DNA of 50,164 nucleotides. Origin: a virus. Lineage: Duplodnaviria; Caudoviricetes. Below the pieces are notes generated by a model, which was not told where the DNA came from, did no database searches, and worked only from the letters and a program-made list of their open reading frames with translations. The stretch lies in the IMG/VR virus record IMGVR_UViG_3300027516_000001, positions 1-50,164 of that record. One strand, 5' to 3'. Positions 18,870-27,616 of this stretch are shown in pieces. The translations under genes were made by a program, and so were the position numbers. Each line of letters starts with the position of its first letter. Position 1 is the stretch's first letter.

Positions 18870-19986
18870 TCAAACAATTCCTCCAGCTCCGCAAATCCAA
18901 GGTGTAAGTGGAGCTGTAGGCGTAAACACCTTAACCGTACATGAACCTATGTGTTTATATGGAGGAACTGCGTGTGGTTTAAGCGATTGTGGATGTTGGT
19001 GGCAGATATATAGAGCGCAATGTTCTTCAAGCACAAGTTGTCCTGCAATAACATCTCCAGCTGGAACTTATATAAATCCCACAAATACTGCTGTCTCTTC
19101 ATCCTCTACAGATAGCGCAGGAACAGGAACTAATGTTGTATTTACGGATACAGATTCTGCTCTTGTTTCAGGCACTACTTGGCAATACTATATGACAGTA
19201 AACTATGCACAATACACGCCTGTCACTTATAGTCCTGCCTCAAATATTAGCGGTCCTGTAGTATTAGGGGGCACGACTTCTGCTACTACGATATTTTCTG
19301 TGTATTTAGATTATGACAATGCTTCATGTAATACTGGAACAGCGTGTAAACTCTCTACATGTACATGTTCTACAAATGTATATAAAGCTATATGTTCTTC
19401 ATCTACAGCATGTCCTACATATCCTAACGGAACATGGAGCAAACTTGCTTCTGTGGATTCTTCAAATAATTCTTATGTAAATACAACAGTGAGTGCTACA
19501 AATACGCATTTTCATTATAAAGATGATGGCGCTATCGTGAATAATCTTAAATATAATACAATCTACACCTACGTTGCAACCAATACCTACACAGCAGATC
19601 CAACTTCAACAGAGAGTAAACCAGGTTCTCCTGTAATTAAAGGAACTCCTGATCATATGGCTGCTATAAATTGGAGCAATCCAAGTTGTAACACAACAAC
19701 GCCTGCATGTACTTTTCAAGTTTATCGCGTAGTTTGTACTAGCTCAAACTCTTGTCCTACGTATCCTTCAGGAACTTGGACAAAATTAAATATGACATCT
19801 GGTTTAACCACTACTATAACTACACAAGGTACTTCATGGAGATACGCTGATATGGACCCTACTTTAGCACCTTCTACAACGTATTCGTGGGTAGCAACTG
19901 CTTCTTGGAATAGTACTACTTCTTCCCCAGCGTCAGCACCTTTTGTCGGAACAACAATTTCAACACTAACAAGGAGAGTAAAATGA
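18817..19986 (+). CDS. Secreted-type protein with three Cys-rich Fn3-like repeats
   Basis: Start moved to ATG 18817 (GGAG RBS, signal-like MRTYHQLLLWALATPLISQ); three copies of the motif. Confidence 0.75.
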   Translation: MRTYHQLLLWALATPLISQTIPPAPQIQGVSGAVGVNTLTVHEPMCLYGGTACGLSDCGCWWQIYRAQCSSSTSCPAITSPAGTYINPTNTAVSSSSTDSAGTGTNVVFTDTDSALVSGTTWQYYMTVNYAQYTPVTYSPASNISGPVVLGGTTSATTIFSVYLDYDNASCNTGTACKLSTCTCSTNVYKAICSSSTACPTYPNGTWSKLASVDSSNNSYVNTTVSATNTHFHYKDDGAIVNNLKYNTIYTYVATNTYTADPTSTESKPGSPVIKGTPDHMAAINWSNPSCNTTTPACTFQVYRVVCTSSNSCPTYPSGTWTKLNMTSGLTTTITTQGTSWRYADMDPTLAPSTTYSWVATASWNSTTSSPASAPFVGTTISTLTRRVK

Positions 19987-20453
19987 AAATAGCGTTTCTT
20001 CTGATTCTCATGCTTTTTGGTCAAGCTAGGAAACCAATGGTATCTCCGCCTCAGGTGGGAGTTACATCTTCAACCGGGCCTCACCAAGCTGTTCTAAATT
20101 GGAGCAATCCCTCATGTACTACAAATGCGCAATGTAGTCTTCAAGTATACAGAGCGCAATGTACATCTATAACTTCCTGCCCAGTATATTCTCCAGGCTC
20201 TGGCTCATTTACTACGTTAGTAATGACAACGAACTTGGTTCCTACTGTTGGCGCAAGTGGAACATCGTGGGTCTATACAGACTCTACGCAAAACGCTGCG
20301 ATGCAAGATTCTACTACGTATGTGTGGGTAGCTACAAACACATATGTAAATGGCTCACAACCATCAGGTGCTAGCACTGCGTATAGCGGAACCACAAACA
20401 ATGGTACTCCTTCGGCGCCAACTTTGAGCGCGAATGGGAATAGTGTGAACTAA
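19983..20453 (+). CDS. Secreted-type Cys-rich Fn3-like single-domain protein (paralog of 18462)
   Basis: Signal MKIAFLLILMLFGQA; same motif; same GNSVN C-terminus. Confidence 0.75.
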   Translation: MKIAFLLILMLFGQARKPMVSPPQVGVTSSTGPHQAVLNWSNPSCTTNAQCSLQVYRAQCTSITSCPVYSPGSGSFTTLVMTTNLVPTVGASGTSWVYTDSTQNAAMQDSTTYVWVATNTYVNGSQPSGASTAYSGTTNNGTPSAPTLSANGNSVN

Positions 20454-20863
20454 TGAAACTTCTCATTATTCTCCTACTTCTCCAATCTGGATTTGCGATT
20501 AATAAGAATGGACCTCGCGCTGGAATAGAGCTGCGTCCTGATGATCCTCATCGAAATAACGGAGATTTGATGGTTAAATGTATTCAACAAAGTAACGGCG
20601 GAGGATGTAATGTACGCTTTACTCCAGGTGAATACTATATCTATAAACCAATTGAATTTCCGTCAGGCGTTCTAGATGCAAATCTAGAAGGAGTGCTCAT
20701 TCATGTTTGTGCTAAAATGGGATTTGTATTTGGCACAATAGCTATAGGTCCGTGGGGTTCTGCATATATTCATCACATAGCTGTAATTTCCAATGTACCT
20801 TGTGGAACATGGAGGCCAGAATATGCGTATCAACCATTTTTTGAGGTTATTAGAAGGCGTTAA
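20453..20863 (+). CDS. Signal-peptide protein, possibly a beta-helix cap fragment
   Basis: MKLLIILLLLQSGFA; GG..VRFTPGEYYIYKPI resembles a pectate-lyase-like N-cap. Confidence 0.55.
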   Translation: MKLLIILLLLQSGFAINKNGPRAGIELRPDDPHRNNGDLMVKCIQQSNGGGCNVRFTPGEYYIYKPIEFPSGVLDANLEGVLIHVCAKMGFVFGTIAIGPWGSAYIHHIAVISNVPCGTWRPEYAYQPFFEVIRRR

Positions 20864-21042
20864 ATGAAAGGAGGGTGAGTATAGCCTATGATTAATTCGA
20901 TGCTCAGAGCTAAGGATCAGGTGAACCGAATTCTTTGGGCATCGAAAATATTGGATACTACCAGAGGGTGTTTGCTACTCAATTGCTGGGTAGAGATATT
21001 GGTTCTATAGCACCCTCTGCTATCATATATAGGAGATACAAA

Positions 21043-21159
21043 ATGAATCGCAGACTCTTTCTACTAGGAATTCTAAGCTTCATTGCTCAAGCTCAGAATC
21101 CTAAACCTAAACCACCCCCCGCTCCTAAACCAGGACCAGGGACTAACACGATTTCATAG
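21043..21159 (+). CDS. 38-aa peptide: twin-Arg/Sec-like signal followed by Pro/Lys-rich tail
   Basis: RBS AGGAG; MNRRLFLLGILSFIAQA-QNPKPKPPPAPKPGPGTNTIS. Confidence 0.55.
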   Translation: MNRRLFLLGILSFIAQAQNPKPKPPPAPKPGPGTNTIS

Positions 21160-21168
21160 GAGGAAAAA

Positions 21169-21774
21169 GTGCCTCCGATTAAGCCACCAACTGAAATTGA
21201 GTTGTTGTCTGCGGCTGTACTTTTGTTGCAGAAGTTAGTTGAGCAAACGAATGAAATTGAACCTCTCCTAAAGAGAATATCTGCAAAGCAAGATGAAACA
21301 AATGCTATTTTGCGGAAAATTCTCTCTGCTGTCAGCCCGAAACCTCCTGCTGACAAAAAATTAACTACGATCAAACTCGTTTTCACGGAGATTCCAATGT
21401 CAACGAATCCAATTCCTATTACGCCTCCAGTTGTCTTAACCCAAGCTGGTCAGCAAGTTCAAGCGCAAGTTGTAGGCTATGATCAGTTTGGAAACCCGTG
21501 GACTGGCACGATGCCAGATTACACTCTCACAAACGATAATGAGAGCGCCGCTACGCTTGATCCAATCTCAGGATTGGTTACAGCAGTAGCAGATGGCGTT
21601 TCCAATATCACTGGCGAACTTACAACTGCTGAAGGTCTTGATCTCACAGATACAGAGAGTGTGACTGTGAATATTGCAGCAGAACCGCCAGTTCTAACTA
21701 CCGTGAAGGTTGTCTTCACGCAACCGGCAGGAGCTTTAAGCTCGAAAGTGAAGAAGCCTGTAGTTAAGAGATAA
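21169..21774 (+). CDS. Ig-like (Big_2) domain protein with N-terminal coiled coil
   Basis: DQFGNP...T.DN..AAT.D..SGLVTAVADG...IT; RBS AGGAGG, GTG start. Confidence 0.7.
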   Translation: MPPIKPPTEIELLSAAVLLLQKLVEQTNEIEPLLKRISAKQDETNAILRKILSAVSPKPPADKKLTTIKLVFTEIPMSTNPIPITPPVVLTQAGQQVQAQVVGYDQFGNPWTGTMPDYTLTNDNESAATLDPISGLVTAVADGVSNITGELTTAEGLDLTDTESVTVNIAAEPPVLTTVKVVFTQPAGALSSKVKKPVVKR

Positions 21775-21786
21775 GATAATTTTTAA

Positions 21787-21851
21787 CTCCACCACGGGGT
21801 AGAGATAGGAATGAGTCTGAGTCCCTTCTACCCCGTTTGGATTTGGTGGAG
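21787..21851. terminator. Long hairpin where the two transcription arms converge
   Basis: CTCCACCA/TGGTGGAG outer and ACGGGGTAGA/TCTACCCCGT inner stems. Confidence 0.6.
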
Positions 21852-21854
21852 AAC

Positions 21855-22010
21855 TTAAGAGGATTCGTCAGAGTATTTCTTCTTCTTTCCTGATCTCCTC
21901 GCTGTTTCTAGAGATGCTGCTACTGCTTGTTTCTGTGGATGGCCAGATGCCATCATCTCCTTGATATTCTCGGATACGACTTTCTTCGATTTGCCCTTCT
22001 TCAAAGGCAT
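21855..22010 (-). CDS. Small basic phage protein (MPLKKGKSKKVVSENIKE...QKQAVA type)
   Basis: Recognisable widespread small phage protein motif; start moved to 22010. Confidence 0.75.
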   Translation of the reverse strand: MPLKKGKSKKVVSENIKEMMASGHPQKQAVAASLETARRSGKKKKYSDESS

Positions 22011-22200
22011 TATACACCCCCATTGGTTTGTTTGTAAGAGTGAGAAGATCATCAATGGTAACTTTGTTACCTGTGATTATATCTTCCCAAACTTTGGTTG
22101 TGTCTTCGTCGAGCTTATACTCTAAGACAATTACTCTTAGAGCATTTTGCTCCAACGTAGTCAAGTGGCGAATGCTGTTCATTTTCCTGCTCCTTTTCAA
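21868..22200 (-). CDS. Hypothetical protein overlapping the small basic protein in another frame
   Basis: Coupled to the groES-like stop; open frame. Confidence 0.45.
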   Translation of the reverse strand: MKRSRKMNSIRHLTTLEQNALRVIVLEYKLDEDTTKVWEDIITGNKVTIDDLLTLTNKPMGVYNAFEEGQIEESRIREYQGDDGIWPSTETSSSSISRNSEEIRKEEEIL

Positions 22201-22937
22201 TTGGCTTGAATAAGGAAATCAAACGCCGCGAGATCTTCACCTCCTGTGATTTTACACCACGCTTGTGAAGCATCCATGATCTTGAACATCAATCCTGCTT
22301 TCGTAGGAATCATACTTCCAGCGTATGGTCCAAAGAGAATCCTATCTCCTACTTTAAAGTGCAGCTTCTCAATATCGCATTGCGATCCAATAGAAACTAC
22401 AACTCCTGTAGTCGGTAGATTCTTACTGTTATCTGGAAGATGAAGTAAGGCTCCAAGTCCCTTACATTCGGGACATGTTTCATCGTGTTGTACGGAAATA
22501 TAATTTCCGTTACACTCGGGACAGGGCATATTAACGCGAGCGTTAGCAACATCTTCACCCAAAGACTCTTTGATTGTTTGAATTTCATCTGGTCCATATC
22601 TCACTCCTGCGTGTCCACTCGCTTCACAATTGCAAAGAATGTGTATTGACTTTTTTCCTTTGCATTTTCTACATTCATACCCGCTTTTAAAAACATCGAT
22701 GGAAACAAGAATCTTTTCTCCGAGAGATTCGAATTTGTACGGAAACCCTGGAAAAGAGACTTCGTTTGAGTTGTCGAGAATAAGCTCAGTCGTACTTTTA
22801 CTTGCATTTTCCGCATCGATCCTTTCTTGCAGCTCTCTTACTCCCTTTGCGAGAGCTTCTGTTCCACTCGCAGCACTGGTTGACTTATGAATGGAATGTT
22901 TTGTCTCTCCGATTTGGTAATTGATTGTGTCATTCAT
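22197..22937 (-). CDS. groES: Co-chaperonin GroES/Cpn10-like protein with inserted DnaJ-type zinc finger
   Basis: SLGEKILV...LHLPD..K..PTTGVVVSIG...KVGDRILFGPYAG...KIM is the Cpn10 core; insert has CxxCxG repeats. Confidence 0.8.
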   Translation of the reverse strand: MNDTINYQIGETKHSIHKSTSAASGTEALAKGVRELQERIDAENASKSTTELILDNSNEVSFPGFPYKFESLGEKILVSIDVFKSGYECRKCKGKKSIHILCNCEASGHAGVRYGPDEIQTIKESLGEDVANARVNMPCPECNGNYISVQHDETCPECKGLGALLHLPDNSKNLPTTGVVVSIGSQCDIEKLHFKVGDRILFGPYAGSMIPTKAGLMFKIMDASQAWCKITGGEDLAAFDFLIQAN

Positions 22938-24157
22938 GGTTTACTCCCGTTTCTTAATCTCCACATTGTGGTCTTACCTACACTTGATGTTTCGCAAACG
23001 CTTGTATATTCAAGCAACCAAAGACATCTGTCAAGAGTCTCGATTGTTACATAATTGCGTAAATGCTTAAGCATAGATTGTTTGCTAGATATTCCAACTT
23101 TCTCAAGATAAGTTTGAATCTTTCCCATTGGGATAGCTAATTCAGATTCACCAGTTCCTCTAAAGATTTTCTCAAGATCTTTAAATACAGCTTTAATATA
23201 AAGAATCGCATTATCCATATCAATTCCCTCAATTATAAGCGAGTCTTTTCGCGCTGCTGCTAAGATCATCGCTAATTTTAATGTGTGCGTTTTAATACGA
23301 CCTCTAAAGTTAGCCACAGGTTCACTATCCATATCATTAGTGATATCAACGATCTTAAGAAAATTTTCAAATTTAACGCGCGCTTCTGTGTTACAGGTAT
23401 ATTCTCCTTTAAGGTTATATGATATATGCTGTAGGTCATTTTTAATACCCTGCATAATAGAAACAGATTGAGGATTAGATTCAAGAGCAGGAGGGAATGG
23501 AAGATACCTAGCGCGTTGATCAGCATATATAAATAAACACCTAGAAGTGAAGCCACCTGAGACTGGAAGATTGATATTTTTATTAATATTTTGTATAAAA
23601 TTAGGAACAGTGGCAGCGATAAAAGAATTGCACATACTTTTAATAGTATGCGTACCTTTGTTTTTCGTATCATATTCATAATCATGCCTATCCCAAGTGT
23701 CTGTTAAAAACGTCAACATCCAATCACTTGCAGTAAGTAAAACTTGAAGTTCAGTACTTACTATTAAGGATGTATGATCTAAAGCTCCTCCTATAACAAC
23801 TTGACCATTAACAATCTGAGGAACAGAAGAGTTCCATCCATTCGAAATCCTCTCTATAATCCTCGGTGCTGTAGTACGATCGGGAATTATGTTTATAATT
23901 TCGTTTGGTGCTGTACTCTTGATTATGTCCATTACAAAATTGATTGTCGTTCCCTTTCCTATTGCGGGCGGGGATACAAGGATGATGTATTGATTTGGAT
24001 ATAGTTCGAATAACCCCTCCTTGATGTAAACTTTGTTCTTAAGAACTGCTCCAATTAACGAAAACGCACCCCAAGTAATGAATTTATCAGGCGCTTCAGT
24101 GTGAGGTTGAACGCATCTTAGTATTGCGTCGTGGATACTAAATTTCAACTGCCTCAT
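22934..24157 (-). CDS. DUF3987-like P-loop helicase (primase-helicase C-terminal type)
   Basis: PNQYIILVSPPAIGKGT Walker A; LTDTWD, AATVP, GGFTSRCLFIY, HTLKLAM; C-terminal wHTH-like. Confidence 0.75.
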   Translation of the reverse strand: MRQLKFSIHDAILRCVQPHTEAPDKFITWGAFSLIGAVLKNKVYIKEGLFELYPNQYIILVSPPAIGKGTTINFVMDIIKSTAPNEIINIIPDRTTAPRIIERISNGWNSSVPQIVNGQVVIGGALDHTSLIVSTELQVLLTASDWMLTFLTDTWDRHDYEYDTKNKGTHTIKSMCNSFIAATVPNFIQNINKNINLPVSGGFTSRCLFIYADQRARYLPFPPALESNPQSVSIMQGIKNDLQHISYNLKGEYTCNTEARVKFENFLKIVDITNDMDSEPVANFRGRIKTHTLKLAMILAAARKDSLIIEGIDMDNAILYIKAVFKDLEKIFRGTGESELAIPMGKIQTYLEKVGISSKQSMLKHLRNYVTIETLDRCLWLLEYTSVCETSSVGKTTMWRLRNGSKP

Positions 24158-25613
24158 TGAGAGTTCCCTTCTTTGAACTCTCTGTTACTTGCTCCAGAGC
24201 TTCTTTGATTGTGTTTGTTTCAAAATCTTTCAATTCTACAGCGTCTGCGAAGGAATATCCTATTTTGTACTCAAGCGGAATCTTAACTTCAATACCATTA
24301 TGGAAACGTATAGTTCTATCAAAAGCATGATCCGTTCTATGGCAATGAGATTTAATCGTATCCACGTTTGCCACAATATCTTGTACAAGGGAATCATGTC
24401 CCTCTTGAACGATACTGTCGTCTCTATCTTTATCACTCGATTCCAAAATAAGCACAGCGATACCCGTGTTGTCTCCAATAGTAGATTGTGGAATAAAAGC
24501 ATAGGCTTCTTTAAAGATTGTAGAGTTATAATCTCCAGGCCGCGCTCCAAGAAATTGACGTTCTCTTTTGAAGGGGGTAATGAGAATCCGTGAATTGCTG
24601 ATGCAGTTTTGGACATACTTATGAAATACTCCTTTCACATTTGGCTCAACGATATCAACTTTGTGTAAAAGAACTTTACACGTAGGCTCTGGTACAGAGA
24701 ATCCTTCTTTCGCAAGTTCATCGCTCATTCTAGGCGAAGTCATATCATAATTATGAGCATGGCGAGTCTTTTTTCCTAAATAACGTTCCATAGAAGCTTT
24801 CCATTCCTTTTTAGAGCGAGAAGAGATAGGTATATTAAATATCATTGAAGCTAACTTTGTATGCCTATCTATTCTCGCATTTAGCTCCTGTAACGCAGTA
24901 TAATTCTGCGAAAGCGCCTGAACTGGCCAATCTTCAGCTTGATATTGATCTACGAAGAGAAATATGTTTCCGGGTCTTGGGATAAGGCATTCTCTAAAAT
25001 AGACAGCGATGTCAGAGTGCTCTGGGAAATTTTGGCCGTTGTTGCCAAATCCAAAAGTATGTTTCTTGCTACTTCTGCGTCCTGTAACAGTACCTGCAAC
25101 ATTGTATATAGAGAGGAAGTAATACTCTCCTCCTCTGGGAAGGAGCCTTGCGTTAAGATAGCCTGACTTAAGTTTGCCAAGTTCTCGTACCTTAAGAATA
25201 GCTTTGATAGCGGGATCACCGCCGGGGAATCCGAATTGATTTGTTGATAACATTTTCTGGAGAGCAAGCTCTCCGGTGGAGTAAGTGGCCTCATAATCAC
25301 CTTCCTCATTTTTCTTTGGGATTTTGGGGACGTTATAACCGAGATCATCTTTGAGTTTCTTGAGTAATGCATATTCTCCTTGTGTTGCATTCAAATTAAC
25401 TGCGCCGTTTGTGCCTGGATTGTTATCTTTTCCGATAAAAACAGAACAACCCCATTGATTAGATGCTATCGCGAGATTACGCGCGATCTCTGCGTTTATA
25501 ACTAATCTAGATTTCTTTAAACGCTCTACATCTACACGAATTCCTCTATTAGAAATATCATAATATGCACACTGAAGATCGTGTTCATAGCGAGATGTAA
25601 TCTTAAACTCCAT
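24138..25613 (-). CDS. polA: Family A DNA polymerase, polymerase domain only
   Basis: RGIRVD; GTVTGRRSS; NGQNFP; motif A DQYQAE; motif B RYLGKKTRHAHNY; PQST; motif C GHDSL. Confidence 0.92.
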   Translation of the reverse strand: MEFKITSRYEHDLQCAYYDISNRGIRVDVERLKKSRLVINAEIARNLAIASNQWGCSVFIGKDNNPGTNGAVNLNATQGEYALLKKLKDDLGYNVPKIPKKNEEGDYEATYSTGELALQKMLSTNQFGFPGGDPAIKAILKVRELGKLKSGYLNARLLPRGGEYYFLSIYNVAGTVTGRRSSKKHTFGFGNNGQNFPEHSDIAVYFRECLIPRPGNIFLFVDQYQAEDWPVQALSQNYTALQELNARIDRHTKLASMIFNIPISSRSKKEWKASMERYLGKKTRHAHNYDMTSPRMSDELAKEGFSVPEPTCKVLLHKVDIVEPNVKGVFHKYVQNCISNSRILITPFKRERQFLGARPGDYNSTIFKEAYAFIPQSTIGDNTGIAVLILESSDKDRDDSIVQEGHDSLVQDIVANVDTIKSHCHRTDHAFDRTIRFHNGIEVKIPLEYKIGYSFADAVELKDFETNTIKEALEQVTESSKKGTLNEAVEI

Positions 25614-25788
25614 TGACTTTTACCCCCGTAAGTTTGTACCCGATGAAATTGTGAATAGGGAAATAATCATTTTCTAACCTATAACACATCTCATTTACTG
25701 CCCAGATGCTCTTTTCGCGCAGATCTTCTTCTTTATAATCTGCGCTTATTGTAACTTCGATTGTGAGTTTGATCTCATTCATGCTCAT
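25603..25788 (-). CDS. Small hypothetical protein between the two polymerase halves
   Basis: ATGA overlap with the exonuclease stop; overlaps the pol start. Confidence 0.55.
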   Translation of the reverse strand: MSMNEIKLTIEVTISADYKEEDLREKSIWAVNEMCYRLENDYFPIHNFIGYKLTGVKVNGV

Positions 25789-26885
25789 CCCCTTAAGTGA
25801 GGTCTTTCTTTGAACTCTTCTTCTTGAGCTTCCCACACTTCGTAAGTGACACACACGTCGAGCGCATTATAATGCATTAAATCCGTCATATGCTTTATAT
25901 TCCATCTCTTGCCGTCGTCTTTATAGAATGGAGTTCTTGTATATTGACGCGTCATAAATTGAAGCTTATGCGAAAGCTCAGGCCATAGAATATGATGCCT
26001 AATTAAGGTATCTTCTACCTGCTTAGGCTTTATATTAAATCCTATGGCTGCTTGGTAGTAAGTATCGAAGTTAATAAAATTTTGACCGATGATTCTTGCC
26101 TGAGAGATGAGATCATCATATGCTCTCCATAGAATTCTACTTTCCTCGATGCTGTCACGATATAATCTGAATGATACCCCGAAATCAGCTGAATCTGCGA
26201 GTCCAATGACGATAGCAAAACCTGGGTGAGGAAAGAACTTTGATTCCTTTTTTGGATAGACCGTCTCAATATCATTAGAGAGATATTTTGCTCTGGAAAA
26301 TCTTTCGAAGTAGTTAAGTAACTCGTTAAGATCAATTTGATCATAACAGATGAGTTTCCTTTCGCGAAGTGGCTGCACTTTACCAGTTACTTTCCAATAA
26401 TTGAACTCATCTTTTATTTTCTGAAGATCAATATACACAGTGACGTTACGCTCTGTCCAATCTTGTGCGCATTTATCAGGACCATGTATTGGCATCATAT
26501 AATGAGGGAAAGGAAATCTATCACATGTCATGAGAGAGCCAACGTACTTATTTAATTGAGTCTTATAGCTCTCTTTTACAGAGCGCGCTCTCATCTCAGG
26601 AAAGAAATAAGATCCCACTTCATTAGCCAATAACATAAAAGGAGGCTGATAATTGAGAAGAGCACTATCAATAGTAGCGTACAAAGTAGGATTATCAGTA
26701 TCCGGCCTACGAGCACACACATATATATCGAAAATGTTAAGTCCTGCCTCTGAGAGCATCTTCTCGAATACATAACCCATACCTCCACTAAAGAGATATC
26801 CTTTTGGAATATCCGAAGGAAAAGGATGATCCAGAATCAACCAAATTCGCGATGCTGGATCACCCCTTGTGTGTATATACGGCAT
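25785..26885 (-). CDS. Degenerate family-4 UDG-like domain fused to PolA 3'-5' exonuclease
   Basis: G...SRIW.I...P...D..KG.LFSG..G..F..ML..AG (UDG-like); ExoI DIET, ExoII GQNFINFD, ExoIII YNALDV. Confidence 0.85.
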   Translation of the reverse strand: MPYIHTRGDPASRIWLILDHPFPSDIPKGYLFSGGMGYVFEKMLSEAGLNIFDIYVCARRPDTDNPTLYATIDSALLNYQPPFMLLANEVGSYFFPEMRARSVKESYKTQLNKYVGSLMTCDRFPFPHYMMPIHGPDKCAQDWTERNVTVYIDLQKIKDEFNYWKVTGKVQPLRERKLICYDQIDLNELLNYFERFSRAKYLSNDIETVYPKKESKFFPHPGFAIVIGLADSADFGVSFRLYRDSIEESRILWRAYDDLISQARIIGQNFINFDTYYQAAIGFNIKPKQVEDTLIRHHILWPELSHKLQFMTRQYTRTPFYKDDGKRWNIKHMTDLMHYNALDVCVTYEVWEAQEEEFKERPHLRG

Positions 26886-26887
26886 GT

Positions 26888-27100
26888 TTAATCCTCGCTG
26901 AGAGATTGAAATTTCAATCTAAAATATGCTTGGTCCTCTCGAAGACGCCTTCTTTTTGCAATTATATGTTCAATTATAACATATATAATAGATACAACAA
27001 TAATGGTTAAAGAAAGTCCAATGGCAATTAAGCCATCACGCACCACTTGATCAAAAAATCCAAGTGGATCAAAAAAGAGATGGTGCAAATAATGTTTCAC
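26888..27100 (-). CDS. Small single-TM membrane protein
   Basis: Hydrophobic helix followed by basic tail. Confidence 0.55.
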   Translation of the reverse strand: MKHYLHHLFFDPLGFFDQVVRDGLIAIGLSLTIIVVSIIYVIIEHIIAKRRRLREDQAYFRLKFQSLSED

Positions 27101-27393
27101 GCGTCGTTTCCTTTTTGAAGATTTACATCAAACTTTAGATGATACGGTCTGCTATGGACTTCTTCTCTCTTTCGAGCTTCAGCTAGAAGCTGATCAAGCC
27201 TTTCAGGTGTAAGAGGACCACCTTCTTGCGTGATAGCTTCTAATAGCCATACAATATCAGGTGTATAAGCCATCGCCATATTTAGCGGTAGCTTAAGAAG
27301 GTGGCCTTTCTTAAGCTCTTCAATATTAGCAGGTTCGATAATAATAAGAGCCTTATCTCCTGAGTTAAGTACGAGCATGTCAATTCTCCTCAA
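27097..27393 (-). CDS. Hypothetical protein
   Basis: Overlap-coupled ORF. Confidence 0.55.
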   Translation of the reverse strand: MRRIDMLVLNSGDKALIIIEPANIEELKKGHLLKLPLNMAMAYTPDIVWLLEAITQEGGPLTPERLDQLLAEARKREEVHSRPYHLKFDVNLQKGNDA

Positions 27394-27616
27394 ATTTTTG
27401 AATGAATTCTCTCAAAGCTTTCACGTAATCTTCGCGATTCATAGAGGAAACATAAAACATTCCTCCTCCTTCGCCGTAGTTTAAGATGTGTAACGCAAAG
27501 CCATACCCTTCTGGCATGGTCTCTTTTAGCAATCTCCCGATATCTGAAAGAAGCTTCTCAACTTCTTCATTGCGTACTTCGTAATAAGGCTCAGTCATCC
27601 TATTCCTCCTATCCAA
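27380..27616 (-). CDS. Hypothetical phage protein
   Basis: GFAL..F/L..G....YVS...RED...ALRE motif of a common small phage protein; RBS GGAGG. Confidence 0.65.
   Translation of the reverse strand: MDRRNRMTEPYYEVRNEEVEKLLSDIGRLLKETMPEGYGFALHILNYGEGGGMFYVSSMNREDYVKALREFIQKFEEN

Noticed and set aside
18462-20453. Diversity-generating retroelement or shufflon acting on the repeats
   Set aside because: No reverse transcriptase or invertase; copies are diverged throughout, not only at adenines.
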